A DNA stretch of 64,000 nucleotides from Nitrospirota bacterium (GCA_963737155.1 CAVTRN010000001.1:1024001-1088000); one strand, 5' to 3'; shown: positions 1-11,850, counted from the stretch's first letter. The notes: generated by a model not told the origin, from the letters alone. Translations and numbers: made by a program.

Positions 1-1
1 T

Positions 2-868
2 GAGGCGAAGAACCCGAGAAAGGATGTTCCTCGCGCTGTGCTTCTGTCTCTCGCGATCCAGGGTGCTGTTTGCTACCTCATCGAGTATTTTGCAGCGAAT
101 TATATGCTGCATAATGGCTACACGATATCGATGGCCGGCGCTTCCGGCGCGCCGCTCGGCGATATGATGGTTCTCGCCGGTACGTGGCTCTTCGGAAGCT
201 ACGCAGCAGGCAAAACGTTCATGCTGGTACAAGCCTTCACAGTGTTCCTGGCACTTATCGGCACCACGCTCTCGTGCCTTTCAACCGGTGCCCGCGTTAC
301 GTACGCCATGGGTCGGGACGAGGAAGTGCCCTCGCATTTCGGCATGTTGCATGGCAAGCACGCATCTCCTCATCGCGCGATTTGGGTCCTAGCCGTGATT
401 TCGGCGATCATCGGGATCATCACGGTGAGCATGTATCTCGGCGGCACCACGCCGGCGCCGCTCGACAAACATAATGTCTGGTACAGTTTCGGCATCTTCG
501 ATCCAGCGACCTATGCGGCGATGCCCAACACGCTACTTATCGTGACCCTTGTCAGCAACTTCGGCACGTTCCTTTTGTACATGATCACCTGCTGGATCGC
601 GATGGTGGCATTCAAGGAGCACCACAGCTTTAACGGGCTTAAGCACATGGTTATTCCCATTCTCGGGTTGCTGGCGAACCTGGTGATCATGATCTTCTAC
701 CTGGTTGGGCCGTTCACGGTAGCGGGCATGAGCTGGAAGGAGCCGTACATCGCTCTCGGCGTCTGCGCTATATGGGGTATCTACGGGGCAGTCTACTTCC
801 TCAGGTCCAGCAAGGCCAAAGGCAAGGAAGTCTTGCTCACGAGTAAACCGGTGCAATCGCACTCGTAG
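2..868 (+). CDS. APC-family amino acid/polyamine permease, 5'-truncated by the window edge
   Basis: The frame is open from base 2 (EAKNPRKDVPRAV, the APC 'E-x-K-N-P' loop). It contains ARVTYAMGRD and several TM helices. Confidence 0.85.
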   Translation, partial: EAKNPRKDVPRAVLLSLAIQGAVCYLIEYFAANYMLHNGYTISMAGASGAPLGDMMVLAGTWLFGSYAAGKTFMLVQAFTVFLALIGTTLSCLSTGARVTYAMGRDEEVPSHFGMLHGKHASPHRAIWVLAVISAIIGIITVSMYLGGTTPAPLDKHNVWYSFGIFDPATYAAMPNTLLIVTLVSNFGTFLLYMITCWIAMVAFKEHHSFNGLKHMVIPILGLLANLVIMIFYLVGPFTVAGMSWKEPYIALGVCAIWGIYGAVYFLRSSKAKGKEVLLTSKPVQSHS

Positions 869-894
869 CCGAAACATCTCAACAAATGCAAGCC

Positions 895-930
895 GGGACG
901 GTCATCCGCATGGGTGGCCGTCCTTTTTTT
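895..930 (+). terminator. Intrinsic terminator after the APC permease
   Basis: GGACGGTCATCC-gcat-GGGTGGCCGTCC stem followed by T7. Confidence 0.8.
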
Positions 931-977
931 CAAACCGCAGACTTCCAATTTCTCGATGAAAATGTTAAAGTGATTTT

Positions 978-2777
978 ATGGAACTGACATACGCTGAGCT
1001 TTCATCACCCGGTCCGGCACGCGAGAACAACGAGGACTTCGTCGGCTTCTGGCAGCCGGAAAAGCTTGAGGAGAAGCGTGGGCGCGGTGCGGTCGCGCTT
1101 CTGGCTGACGGTGTCGGTGGAATGCAGCGCGGCGAAGTGGCAAGCCGCCTAGCGGTTGAGACTGCTATGAAGACCTTCCAGGAGGCGCCCGGCGAGCAGA
1201 CCGCGCAGCATCTTATCACGCAGATGTTTAACGCGGCCAATGTTGCGGTCTACGACATGGGCCTGGAGAATCAAGGCAAGGCCCGCATGGCGACGACCTT
1301 GGCTGTTGTTGTGCTGCGTAATAACGAGATCACGGTGGGCAACGTGGGAGATTCGCGTGTCTACCTAGTGCGCAAGGCCACAATCAAACAGTTGTCCACG
1401 GATCATACCTACGTCGGCATGCAGCAGAAGTTCGGGCTGATCTCCGAACATGAGGCCAAAACCAGCGAGAACCGCTCAATCCTGACACGAAGTGTGGGGA
1501 ATGAACCTGTAATCCGCGTTGATGTTGAGAATGCCCTGGTGTTCAAAGGCGACAAAGTCGTGCTGTGCTCTGACGGCCTGTACGCGCACGTCGCGGACAG
1601 CGAGATCGCCGATATTGTATCTCGTCTTTCCCCGGCCCAGGCCTGCCGTCAGCTCGTGGCCCTTGCAGAGCAGCGCGGTACTGACGACAATCTCTCAGTG
1701 CAGGTCCTGCAGATCAACGAGGTCGAGAAAGTCGCACTATATCGGGGCATAGCCATGTACCAGGAAACGGCAGACCCCACGACCAGATATGCGCTCCGTT
1801 CTGGACAAATTCTGGACAATCGTTTCCAGATCCTCGAAACCATCTCGCGAAGCGGCATGGGGACCATCTTCAAGGCAACGGACCTGAACACCAAGCTGAC
1901 TGTGGCGATCAAGGTCCCACTCATACAGTATGAGAGCGATCCCGGGTTTTACTCGCGGTTTCAGCGCGAGGAGGAGATTGGTAGCCGCCTGGACCATCCC
2001 TATATTCTGAAATTTTATCCCGTTCCCGATGAGCTTCGCACCCGGCCGTACATCGTTACCGAGTACCTCAGAGGGTATACGCTCTCGCATCTCTTGACCA
2101 GCGTCCGGCCGATACCGGAAAAAGACGCCATCAAACTGGCCAGCCACATATGCGAAGCGCTCGCGTACATGCATGAACAGGGCGTGGTCCATCGGGACTT
2201 GAAGCCCCAGAACATCATGCTCTGCAACGATGGAACGATCCGGATCATGGACTTCGGCATTGCTAAGGCAGAAGGCAGGCGGATGACCTTTGCTGGTTTT
2301 ACGCCGGCAGTGGGTACGCCGGATTATATGGCCCCCGAACAGGTCAAGGGCAAGCGCGGTGATGAACGGACCGACATTTACAGTCTCGGCGCCATGCTTT
2401 ATGAAATGGTTGTGGGTGTGACTCCATTTCAGTGCGAGACCGATAACCCCCTTGTGATCATGAACGCCCGCGTGGACTGCGACCCTCTTGCCCCACGGAA
2501 ACGCAATCCGAAGGTGTCACCGCAGATCGAGGAAATCATTCTTCATGCCATGGAGCGTGACCCCAGGAGGCGTTATCAGTCCGCTGCCGCAATGAAGGCG
2601 GAGTTGGATGATCCGGCTTCCGTGCAACTTACGGGCAGGTGCGACCGGCTCCAGGAACCTACACCTTGGAAGCGCGGGTGGAAGAAAGCATCCTGGATTG
2701 TATTGGCGATATCTGTTTCACTTGGCATTCTTACCCTGTTAATCCTGCTGATTATCCATCGCGGCCCTGCGCACTGA
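978..2777 (+). CDS. Bifunctional PP2C phosphatase / Hanks-type Ser/Thr kinase with C-terminal TM anchor
   Basis: PP2C motifs: RENNED, ADGVGG, VGDSR, CSDGL, DN. Kinase motifs: VAIK, HRDLKPQN, DFG, GTPDYMAPE. Hydrophobic C-terminus. Confidence 0.92.
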   Translation: MELTYAELSSPGPARENNEDFVGFWQPEKLEEKRGRGAVALLADGVGGMQRGEVASRLAVETAMKTFQEAPGEQTAQHLITQMFNAANVAVYDMGLENQGKARMATTLAVVVLRNNEITVGNVGDSRVYLVRKATIKQLSTDHTYVGMQQKFGLISEHEAKTSENRSILTRSVGNEPVIRVDVENALVFKGDKVVLCSDGLYAHVADSEIADIVSRLSPAQACRQLVALAEQRGTDDNLSVQVLQINEVEKVALYRGIAMYQETADPTTRYALRSGQILDNRFQILETISRSGMGTIFKATDLNTKLTVAIKVPLIQYESDPGFYSRFQREEEIGSRLDHPYILKFYPVPDELRTRPYIVTEYLRGYTLSHLLTSVRPIPEKDAIKLASHICEALAYMHEQGVVHRDLKPQNIMLCNDGTIRIMDFGIAKAEGRRMTFAGFTPAVGTPDYMAPEQVKGKRGDERTDIYSLGAMLYEMVVGVTPFQCETDNPLVIMNARVDCDPLAPRKRNPKVSPQIEEIILHAMERDPRRRYQSAAAMKAELDDPASVQLTGRCDRLQEPTPWKRGWKKASWIVLAISVSLGILTLLILLIIHRGPAH

Positions 2778-3058
2778 CATCTTAAAGATTTATAAAAAAA
2801 AGGTATAGGAGTATTTCCGCGCCTACCATCCCACCCCGAATCGTCAGATCGGGAACGATCATGTCAAATGGATTTACTGACTTCATCGCTACCTAGTATT
2901 CCGTATACGTTCTTCATCTCGACTGCTGAACTACGAGGCAATCATTGCCAACTGTGGATCGTAGGTCATAAACTGAACCATACGCTCAATTGATCGACTA
3001 GAAAACCCTATAAGTCGGGAAGCTATTGTATATTTGCAAAAAATTATATTTGATTTAG

Positions 3059-3158
3059 GAGCCTGTTGCTCAAACCATTTTTTGTGAAATATGACCATTG
3101 ATTTTATTGAACATATTTTTTACAAAATGATCCAAAAGGCTATTTGTGCAACAGGCTC
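3059..3158. mobile_element. 100-bp MITE with IS5-like ends
   Basis: 16-bp terminal inverted repeats GAGCCTGTTGCTCAAA / TTTGTGCAACAGGCTC (1 mismatch), flanked by a TTAG direct repeat (3055-3058, 3159-3162). No ORF. Confidence 0.75.
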
Positions 3159-3230
3159 TTAGGTATTAGATAAGGAACAAAGAAGGTATTTCTTATGCAT
3201 TAAAATCTGGGCATTGCTGCCTTTAGCCCA

Positions 3231-3266
3231 TGCCTATTTATTAATCATGCGCCTACAATTTCATCT
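3231..3266 (+). promoter_or_regulatory. Tandem enhancer-binding-protein (NtrC-like) site
   Basis: TGCCTATTTATTAATCA-tg-CGCCTACAATTTCATCT, with the same architecture upstream of four other sigma54 promoters. An additional inverted single site lies at 3197-3213. Confidence 0.65.
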
Positions 3267-3361
3267 ATAGTGAAAAAAGTGAAAGCCCCGCAGCATGGCG
3301 ATCCTCCATGTTTAGGCAATAAAATTAGGAATTTTTACGATATTTTTGTTCCGGTCAGGCA

Positions 3362-3377
3362 TGGCATGGGCATTGCA
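3362..3377 (+). promoter_or_regulatory. sigma54 -24/-12 promoter of the ynfA-like-amt-PII operon
   Basis: TGGCATGGGCATTGCA (GG-N10-GC). Confidence 0.85.
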
Positions 3378-3414
3378 TTTAAATTAAAGTAGATAGCGTT
3401 AGGGAGGGTTGACG

Positions 3415-3749
3415 ATGACACTTGCAGCATGGATTGTATTCATTGCCGCGGCATTTCTGGAGGTCGGCGGTGATGCAGTAGTCCGCAAGGGACTTCGCGG
3501 AAGCGGCTTCGTCATCATTATGATCGGTTTCGTCATGTTGGGTTGTTACGGTGTGGTGGTCAACATGGTGAAATGGGATTTTTCGAAAATGCTCGGAGTG
3601 TATGTGGCCGTCTTTGCACTTATCAGCATTTTGTTTGGACGCTTCGTATTCAAGGAAAAAATCCCGGCTGCTACCTGGATAGGGTTGTCCGTAATTTTGT
3701 GCGGCGGAATGATAATACAGTTCGGGGAAATAATAATGATGGATAAACG

Positions 3750-3753
<4 letters not shown>
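3415..3753 (+). CDS. Small 4-TM SMR/YnfA(UPF0060)-like membrane protein
   Basis: About 112 aa with four hydrophobic segments, a membrane Glu in AAFLEVGGD and a GVYVA motif. Its stop overlaps the amt start (ATGA). Alternative TTG start at 3409. Confidence 0.7.
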
Positions 3754-5371
<1,618 letters not shown>

Positions 5372-5552
5372 GTTTCGTATAATAATACATTATCCTGCTG
5401 AGATAATTGAGAGACAGCATGTGCTGGCAAGATTATACCCGTCAGCCCTCCTTTGCTTTGAACTTGTAAATGGTTGATTTTTTTGTTTTGTACGTGATTC
5501 CGGTTTTCGCCGTTAGAAGTTTTAGAAAAAGACCGGTACTATTTTTACTCCA

Positions 5553-5690
5553 TGCCCAATTATTGATCCAATTTCATCTATAGCAAAAATAAGAAAATAT
5601 TCTACAGTTATGATGACAGAATAAGCTTGAGCAATTAAATTGTCCATTTTGCCGGATAGATGTTCCAAGCGAATGTGACACATGCGTTGC
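5553..5690 (+). promoter_or_regulatory. Decayed paralogous copy of the 3231-3377 promoter
   Basis: Shares CATGCCyA..TATTrATC and an exact CAATTTCATCTATAG (3256-3270 = 5569-5583). The -24/-12 element reads TGACACATGCGTTGC (GG mutated to GA). Confidence 0.55.
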
Positions 5691-6005
5691 GTATTATATA
5701 AATAGGACTATATTAAGAATTCTGACGATGCCACCTGCCAGCCTGACTTGATATCACTACTATGATTGGCGCTCCGGGGTTGCTAGGGCGTGGTGGTTAA
5801 TAGCTTCAGGATATGAAACATGACGAACACACGTAAGCGGTGATTTGAGACGTCGCAAGGATATCCTCCCTGGGCCGGTATGTTCCATTGCATACCGGCC
5901 CATTCTCATAACAGTAACGCTGCTGTTATCATTCAGATTATGACATAGTTGGCGAGTGACGAACGCGTGCAAGGATCAACCGCAAGTTCTTAAGTTATCT
6001 ATCGC

Positions 6006-6395
6006 ATGATTATCATAATGCTGGTTCTGATATTGCTTCTGCCCTTGCTCGTAAAAATAAGAGTAGCAAAATCTTGAACTGTTCCTACTCATCATTGGCA
6101 CTGTCACTCTGCTGCTCTCCCATCTGTTGGGCCCCGCGCCGATTCTGTTATTGCATCTTGTCGAGTCATGTTCATAGAACCTGTAAAACCCGCCGTTACC
6201 CCACAGGCATTCGGATTGGCTTTCCGGGCGATACGAGAGTCACCCAAGAAAAAATCGTTGATTTCGAGACCCAGATCGGACCCGGGTCTTCGCCTTTTTG
6301 CTTATCCTCGTTCTCGGTTTGATTTTAAGCGTGATTACCGCCTTTATAGCGATCTTGATCCTCTATGGGGACAATCATCTATGGAGGGCTGTTGA
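6006..6395 (+). pseudogene. Frameshifted remnant of a DUF1646-like membrane protein
   Basis: Hydrophobic fragments in shifting frames: MIIIMLVLILLLPLLVK / NLELFLLIIG / EPVK / VFAFLLILVLGLILSVITAFIAILIL. Family assignment from memory of DUF1646 motifs. The end is approximate. Confidence 0.5.
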
Positions 6396-6668
6396 ACACG
6401 GACAATCTCCGAAAATCATAGCAGCAAACAAGTTGAAATTAGCAAGCAGTGCTTGGGCAGCGACCGGCGTTCCTTTCGGGCTGTTCGTGATGGCGCCCTA
6501 TTTCTCTATCTGCAGTAATTCCCCTCATTTTAAACTTCTTCGATTGATATACCATCAGGCAATGATATTAAAAAAATAAAGCATCTGTGCCTTTATTGTT
6601 ATGATCAGGCATCTGTCGTGAAGTCCGGGGTACGGCATGTATTAGCATTATGAAATAAGCAGAAATAA

Positions 6669-6704
6669 TGCGCAATATTTAATCATGTGCCTAAAATAGC
6701 ATCT
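6669..6704 (+). promoter_or_regulatory. Tandem EBP (NtrC-like) site upstream of amtB
   Basis: TGCGCAATATTTAATCA-tg-TGCCTAAAATAGCATCT. Confidence 0.65.
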
Positions 6705-6813
6705 TATCAAGTGGAATGATTAAGCTTAAGATAGCTGCATATTTTGAAAGCAAAAGTAAAATTGTATAATTAAATTAATATATTAACAACTATTTAGCAG
6801 AGCATTAACTTCC

Positions 6814-6829
6814 TGGCATGTGCCTTGCA
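6814..6829 (+). promoter_or_regulatory. sigma54 promoter of amtB-glnK
   Basis: TGGCATGTGCCTTGCA. Confidence 0.88.
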
Positions 6830-6879
6830 ATTAATCATCTGTACAATAAATAAACAAACTGCAAAAAGGAGGATAGATA

Positions 6880-8247
6880 ATGAAAGAAGTATTCATAAAA
6901 TCAATGGTAGCAGTCATTATGTGTCTCATGCTGGCATCGATACTCTCACCGGCACTGGTCATGGCAGAAGAGGCTGCATCACCCGCTCCGGCCATGGCAG
7001 CCCCGGCTCCGGTAACACCGGTGTCTGCATCGAAGATCGATACTGGCGACACGGCATGGATGACCGTTGCAACCGCACTGGTCATGCTCATGTCCATTCC
7101 GGGGCTCGCGCTGTTTTACGGAGGTCTGGCAAAAAGTAAGGATGCGCTGAACACCATGGCCATGACCTTCGTGACCTTCTGTATCGTCAGCCTGCTCTGG
7201 GTTCTCTATGGGTACTCATTCTCCTTTGTCGGCGATCTCAAAGGAATCATCGGCGATGCTTCAAAAGCGTTCTTAAGCGGCGTTGGACCGAACAGCATAT
7301 CCGATCTGGCTAAGACGATACCTGAGTATACATTTATCGCCTATCAGCTTACTTTTGCGGCTATCACCGTTGCTCTTGCGAGCGGTGCATATATCGAGCG
7401 GATGAAGTTTTCCGCGTGGATCATTTTCTCGATACTCTGGTTGACGGTAGTGTACATTCCTGTGGCGCATTGGGTATGGGGTGGCGGTTTCCTTGCAAAA
7501 CTCGGAGCTCTTGATTTCGCGGGCGGTACGGTCGTTCACGTCAATGCTGGTATTGCAGCGCTAGTAGGCGCCTTGGTCCTGGGCAAGCGGCGTGTCAAGG
7601 CGATCATACCCGGGAACCTGACACTTGTGGTCATTGGAGCTGGTCTTCTGTGGTTCGGTTGGTTCGGGTTCAACGCGGGCTCGGCGCTTGCCGCGAACGG
7701 GCTCGCAAGCGCAGCCTTCATTAATACAAATACGGCGACGGCGGCAGCTGCGCTGGCCTGGATGTTCGTTGAATGGAAGCATTCCGGTAAACCTACGGTT
7801 CTTGGTCTCGCATCCGGCGCAGTCGGTGGTCTCGTTGCCATCACACCGGCTGCGGGCTTCGTGAACATCAGCGGTGCGATCATCATCGGATTAGCTGCTG
7901 GCATAATCCCGTTCTACGCAGTGGCAAAACTCAAGCCGATGTTTGGCTATGACGATACGCTTGATGCTTTTGGCATTCACGGCATTGGTGGGACTCTCGG
8001 GGCGATCCTGACCGGTGTGTTTGCGGACCCGGCGATTAATGCAGCGGGCAAAGGTCTTCTTTACGGTAATCCCGGCCAGGTCTGGATACAGTTCATCGCA
8101 GTGGCATCGACGGTTGTGTACAGCGGCGTCATGACTTTCGTGATCTTCATGATTCTCAAAGCTACGATCGGCATCCGTGTCCAAGCAGAGGAAGAAACTA
8201 TGGGACTCGACGAGAGCCAGCACGGCGAACGGGCGTATAATTCCTAA
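6880..8247 (+). CDS. amtB: Ammonium transporter AmtB (canonical, with signal peptide)
   Basis: DTGDTAW, PGLALFYGG, ERMKF, DFAGGTVVH, GWFGFNAGS, DDTLDAFGIHG. AGGAGG RBS. Confidence 0.96.
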   Translation: MKEVFIKSMVAVIMCLMLASILSPALVMAEEAASPAPAMAAPAPVTPVSASKIDTGDTAWMTVATALVMLMSIPGLALFYGGLAKSKDALNTMAMTFVTFCIVSLLWVLYGYSFSFVGDLKGIIGDASKAFLSGVGPNSISDLAKTIPEYTFIAYQLTFAAITVALASGAYIERMKFSAWIIFSILWLTVVYIPVAHWVWGGGFLAKLGALDFAGGTVVHVNAGIAALVGALVLGKRRVKAIIPGNLTLVVIGAGLLWFGWFGFNAGSALAANGLASAAFINTNTATAAAALAWMFVEWKHSGKPTVLGLASGAVGGLVAITPAAGFVNISGAIIIGLAAGIIPFYAVAKLKPMFGYDDTLDAFGIHGIGGTLGAILTGVFADPAINAAGKGLLYGNPGQVWIQFIAVASTVVYSGVMTFVIFMILKATIGIRVQAEEETMGLDESQHGERAYNS

Positions 8248-8262
8248 GGTATTTAACTATGC

Positions 8263-8644
<382 letters not shown>

Positions 8645-8732
8645 TAAGCCACTGTTTATTCTTCGGTGTATTTTTTGTCGTTCTGACGCAAACAAACTTA
8701 AGTCAGACTTGCCTTTTAATCATAAGGTTTGT

Positions 8733-8766
8733 AGCCGGCATGCAATGGAACATGCCGGTTTTTTTT
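8733..8766 (+). terminator. Intrinsic terminator after glnK
   Basis: AGCCGGCATG / CATGCCGGTT stem followed by a T-run. Confidence 0.8.
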
Positions 8767-8870
8767 ATTATCTCAAGGATGATATTGTGCCGGGTAACGA
8801 ACGAGAGAGGGTGGCATCATGGGGTGGATATTATAGTGGAAGAAGCGCTTAGCCTGGGTAAAACATTTGG

Positions 8871-8981
8871 CTGCAGATAAAATCGGATGAGGGCAGATGA
8901 AGGTAATATTAACTACGTTCATAAATCTTTTTCAATATTGGCACCCGGTCCCCTCTGCGTGAATCTGTGATCCTCTGCGTC
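8871..8981. repeat. Degenerate ~9-nt-period inverted repeat element (GCAGAT... / ...TCTGCG)
   Basis: Left arm CTGCAGATAAAATCGGATGAGGGCAGATG, right arm CTCTGCGTGAATCTGTGATCCTCTGCG, located between convergent genes. Confidence 0.5.
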
Positions 8982-9004
8982 TAAATGCTGTTTTCAGGCA
9001 GTAC

Positions 9005-9574
9005 TTAGCCACCCAGCCTCAACCCCGCCTCATAAGCTTCCCGTAGCGCGGTCGGATGGACCAGGATATCGCCGATCGCGTCAACGCCTCCAAAAAAAAG
9101 CGTTTCATGCTCAGGTACGCTTATGGTCCTGAAAAAACTCTTGGCTATGACATCGGCGGTGTGACGGCCGTCTTCACTTTTCATGCCTCCGACGAGGAGC
9201 AAAAGTCCTTTTCTCCCCCGTGGCCCCGCGAGGATGTTCTTTTTAAGACGATATTTTTCACACCAGAAAGACTGGCACCTGTCAATCATCGCTTTGGCCT
9301 GGGCGCTCAGGCTGTAAAAAAAAATCGGGGAGGCGAGAATGATTCTCTCTGCCTCCCGAATAGCATTATAGATTTCATTCATAGCGTCGGAGTGGATGCA
9401 AAGACCAGTTTTCACGCAGCCGCCGCAATCTTGGCAGGGTTTGATGTTCATGCTGTTAAGTTTGAATACACTTACATCATTTCCAGCCTTCCGCAGGGGC
9501 TTGAGCGCTCCGTCCAGCAGGAGTTCAGTATTCCCGCTCGGACGCGGGCTACCATTGAATGCGATGATCCTCAT
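9005..9574 (-). CDS. Iron-sulfur flavoprotein / NADPH-dependent FMN reductase family
   Basis: GSPRxxGNT, CxxCxxCx5C, ASPIFF, IDR. Confidence 0.88.
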   Translation of the reverse strand: MRIIAFNGSPRPSGNTELLLDGALKPLRKAGNDVSVFKLNSMNIKPCQDCGGCVKTGLCIHSDAMNEIYNAIREAERIILASPIFFYSLSAQAKAMIDRCQSFWCEKYRLKKNILAGPRGRKGLLLLVGGMKSEDGRHTADVIAKSFFRTISVPEHETLFFGGVDAIGDILVHPTALREAYEAGLRLGG

Positions 9575-10069
9575 TTATTCTGTTTTATAGAAAGCTTTCT
9601 TTTTTGCCTTGCAAACGGGGCATTCATCGGGTGCTTCGCCCTCGGCGGTATAACCGCAGACGGAGCAGACATAGTAATCTGTGATGACGTTTTTGCCAAG
9701 ACTTTCGAGGGCCTTCTGGTACAACGCCGCATGGATCTCTTCCACTTCATTGGCCATGTTGAAGCTCCGCAGCGCATAATCCTGGCCTTCCGACTTCGCA
9801 TCGGTAATCATCTGAGGATACATCCTCTGGAACTCGTAAGTCTCTCCGCTAATGGCGGCCAGGAGATTCTCTTGCGTCGATTTTACGCCGCTCAACCCTT
9901 TCAAGTGGTTGTGTGCATGGATGGTCTCCGCTGCGGCTGCGGCGCGGAACAGTTTTGCGGCCTGCAGGTATCCTTCTTCATCCGCTTTTTTCGCAAAAGC
10001 GAGGTATTTTCTATTTGCCTGTGATTCACCGGCAAAAGCATCTTTCAGGTTCTGCTCAGTTTTAGACAT
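9575..10069 (-). CDS. rbr: Rubrerythrin
   Basis: AFAGESQANRKY, ExxH diiron motifs, and a C-terminal CxxC...CPxC rubredoxin domain. Confidence 0.95.
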   Translation of the reverse strand: MSKTEQNLKDAFAGESQANRKYLAFAKKADEEGYLQAAKLFRAAAAAETIHAHNHLKGLSGVKSTQENLLAAISGETYEFQRMYPQMITDAKSEGQDYALRSFNMANEVEEIHAALYQKALESLGKNVITDYYVCSVCGYTAEGEAPDECPVCKAKKKAFYKTE

Positions 10070-10099
10070 GATTTAAGCTCTCCTTTTTTTGATCTTCGA

Positions 10100-10678
10100 T
10101 TAATTTACCCTGGCTTCCGCCGAAGGCCAGTTGATGTTCTTAAAAAAAGCTTCGATATAGTCGGCGCGTTTCAAGCCATAGTCGAGCATGAAGGCGTGTT
10201 CGAAAACATCCATGATGAGGAGTGGAGTACAACCCGCTGGATGGGCAACGTCGTGCTCATTGATCCAAAAATTTATGAGCCTTCCAGTTGCCGTATCCTG
10301 GTACAGGACGGCCCAGCCAATACCGCGCATTGCACCGGTCGCCCTGAAATCTTTTTCCCAAACCTCGACGCTGCCAAAGGTCTCCACCATTTTTTTGGCG
10401 AGCTTGCCGTTTTTGTCGATGCCACCCCTGCCCCCGAGGTTCTCAAAATAATATTCATGCAGCCGCATGCCATTGAATTCCCAGCCGAGCCGTCGCTTCA
10501 GCTCTGCGAATTCATAGGCCGTATTCTTGCCGTCCTTTGCCATCTGGTCGAGCGTATCGAGCACTTTGTTCGTGTTGGTCACATAACCTTGGTAAAGCGT
10601 AAAATGGTTTTTCAAGAGGGTCTCGCTAAAGCCCTCCATTCCGACGAGCTTGGCATAATCTTTTGCCGCGTATGACAT
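10100..10678 (-). CDS. sod: Fe/Mn superoxide dismutase (ChrC-like)
   Basis: H..LYxGY, LHEYYF, GxGW and DVFEHAF metal ligands. Confidence 0.9.
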   Translation of the reverse strand: MSYAAKDYAKLVGMEGFSETLLKNHFTLYQGYVTNTNKVLDTLDQMAKDGKNTAYEFAELKRRLGWEFNGMRLHEYYFENLGGRGGIDKNGKLAKKMVETFGSVEVWEKDFRATGAMRGIGWAVLYQDTATGRLINFWINEHDVAHPAGCTPLLIMDVFEHAFMLDYGLKRADYIEAFFKNINWPSAEARVN

Positions 10679-10812
10679 GGTGTCTCCTCCCTGGATGTTT
10701 GGAAATTTAATACCAAATATTTTTAATTATACCAGAAGTGAAGCTAGGTTTATTATCCGCGTGGAAGATCAGCTACTCATCCCTCGCTCTCGGTCGGTTC
10801 GTCGGAAATTGC

Positions 10813-11001
10813 TTAGTGAATTGTACTTTCATTATCGAAAACGTGGTAATCACAGAATAAACAGACCGTCTCCGGCTGCTTTGACCACAGCTCAATCTCA
10901 CCACCACATTTAGGGCAGGTTGTGATGAACTCAATCACCATCCTCTGCGGTTTTCCGCTGTTTGCTGTTTTTTTCCTATGTTTGAGCAGGCTCCCTTTCA
11001 T
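10813..11001 (-). CDS. Small zinc-ribbon/rubredoxin-like protein (start uncertain)
   Basis: CPKC-x14-CLFC, co-oriented inside the operon. Confidence 0.55.
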   Translation of the reverse strand: MKGSLLKHRKKTANSGKPQRMVIEFITTCPKCGGEIELWSKQPETVCLFCDYHVFDNESTIH

Positions 11002-11428
11002 TTGCCTTTCTCCATCCTTCTCGCGCAAGACGTTCCATGCGGTTGTTTCCCCATGACTTAATTTCCTCAAAATAGCGTTTCCGATCCGTCTTTGCCAGCT
11101 GGGTCAACTGTTCTCGTTCGCGAACGGAGTCAATATGGTCCGAGGGCGTCACACCCCTCCACGTGCAATAGCCCTCGTCGAAAATGAACTCGGGGGTTAC
11201 CTCGCTCGACGTGGCCTTTTTCTGGAGCATGAAACGTGCCACGTCCATATCATACTGGATGATCCATCCATTATCGACAATCATGGTAGCCAAATCCTGA
11301 CTAATCCCCGGAGAGCATTCGGAACAGTACAATTTGGTGACTACCTCGAACGGCAGGATCTCGTCTTTGAAATTAAAACTGGCATGACTCTTACCGCAAG
11401 AACAGTTGATGCTGTGATCTACGCACAT
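10976..11428 (-). CDS. Cys-rich hypothetical protein
   Basis: 150 aa with CSC and CSEC motifs. It overlaps the fur/perR stop and has a GGAGG RBS. Confidence 0.75.
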   Translation of the reverse strand: MCVDHSINCSCGKSHASFNFKDEILPFEVVTKLYCSECSPGISQDLATMIVDNGWIIQYDMDVARFMLQKKATSSEVTPEFIFDEGYCTWRGVTPSDHIDSVREREQLTQLAKTDRKRYFEEIKSWGNNRMERLAREGWRKANEREPAQT

Positions 11429-11850
11429 GGTAAAGCCTCCTTGGCTGATGATATTTTTATGTTATTGCATTTCGGGCAAAGCCCGTAAAATTCTACATGG
11501 CTGCTAATAATCGAGAATTCCTGCCTAGCGTTTTCCGGGAGGTCTAGCTTATACTCGCCATGGATATCGACGATTCTCTTGCAACAAACACACATTAGGT
11601 GGTTATGAAGACTCGTCTCGGGATCATATCGCTTCTTGCCTGGGTCAAGCGTCAATTCAAGTAGGCTCCCTTTTTCTTTGAGGGCCAAAAGTGTGCTATA
11701 TACCGTTGCCAGCGACATTGTCGGAAATTTTTTATGCACTGCGCTATAGATACTTTCTGCCGAAGGATGATCCTTGTTACCCTCGAGATAGTGCAGGATT
11801 GCCAACCGCTGCGGTGTTAATTTTAAACCAATGTTACGATACTTTTCCAT
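11419..11850 (-). CDS. perR: Fur-family regulator, probably PerR
   Basis: TPQR, HPSAE, ATVY, HNHLMCxxC and CPKC. It heads the rbr/sod operon. Confidence 0.88.
   Translation of the reverse strand: MEKYRNIGLKLTPQRLAILHYLEGNKDHPSAESIYSAVHKKFPTMSLATVYSTLLALKEKGSLLELTLDPGKKRYDPETSLHNHLMCVCCKRIVDIHGEYKLDLPENARQEFSIISSHVEFYGLCPKCNNIKISSAKEALPCA

Noticed and set aside
9056-10024. 322-aa plus-strand ORF
   Set aside because: It is antisense to the well-supported flavoprotein and rubrerythrin genes.
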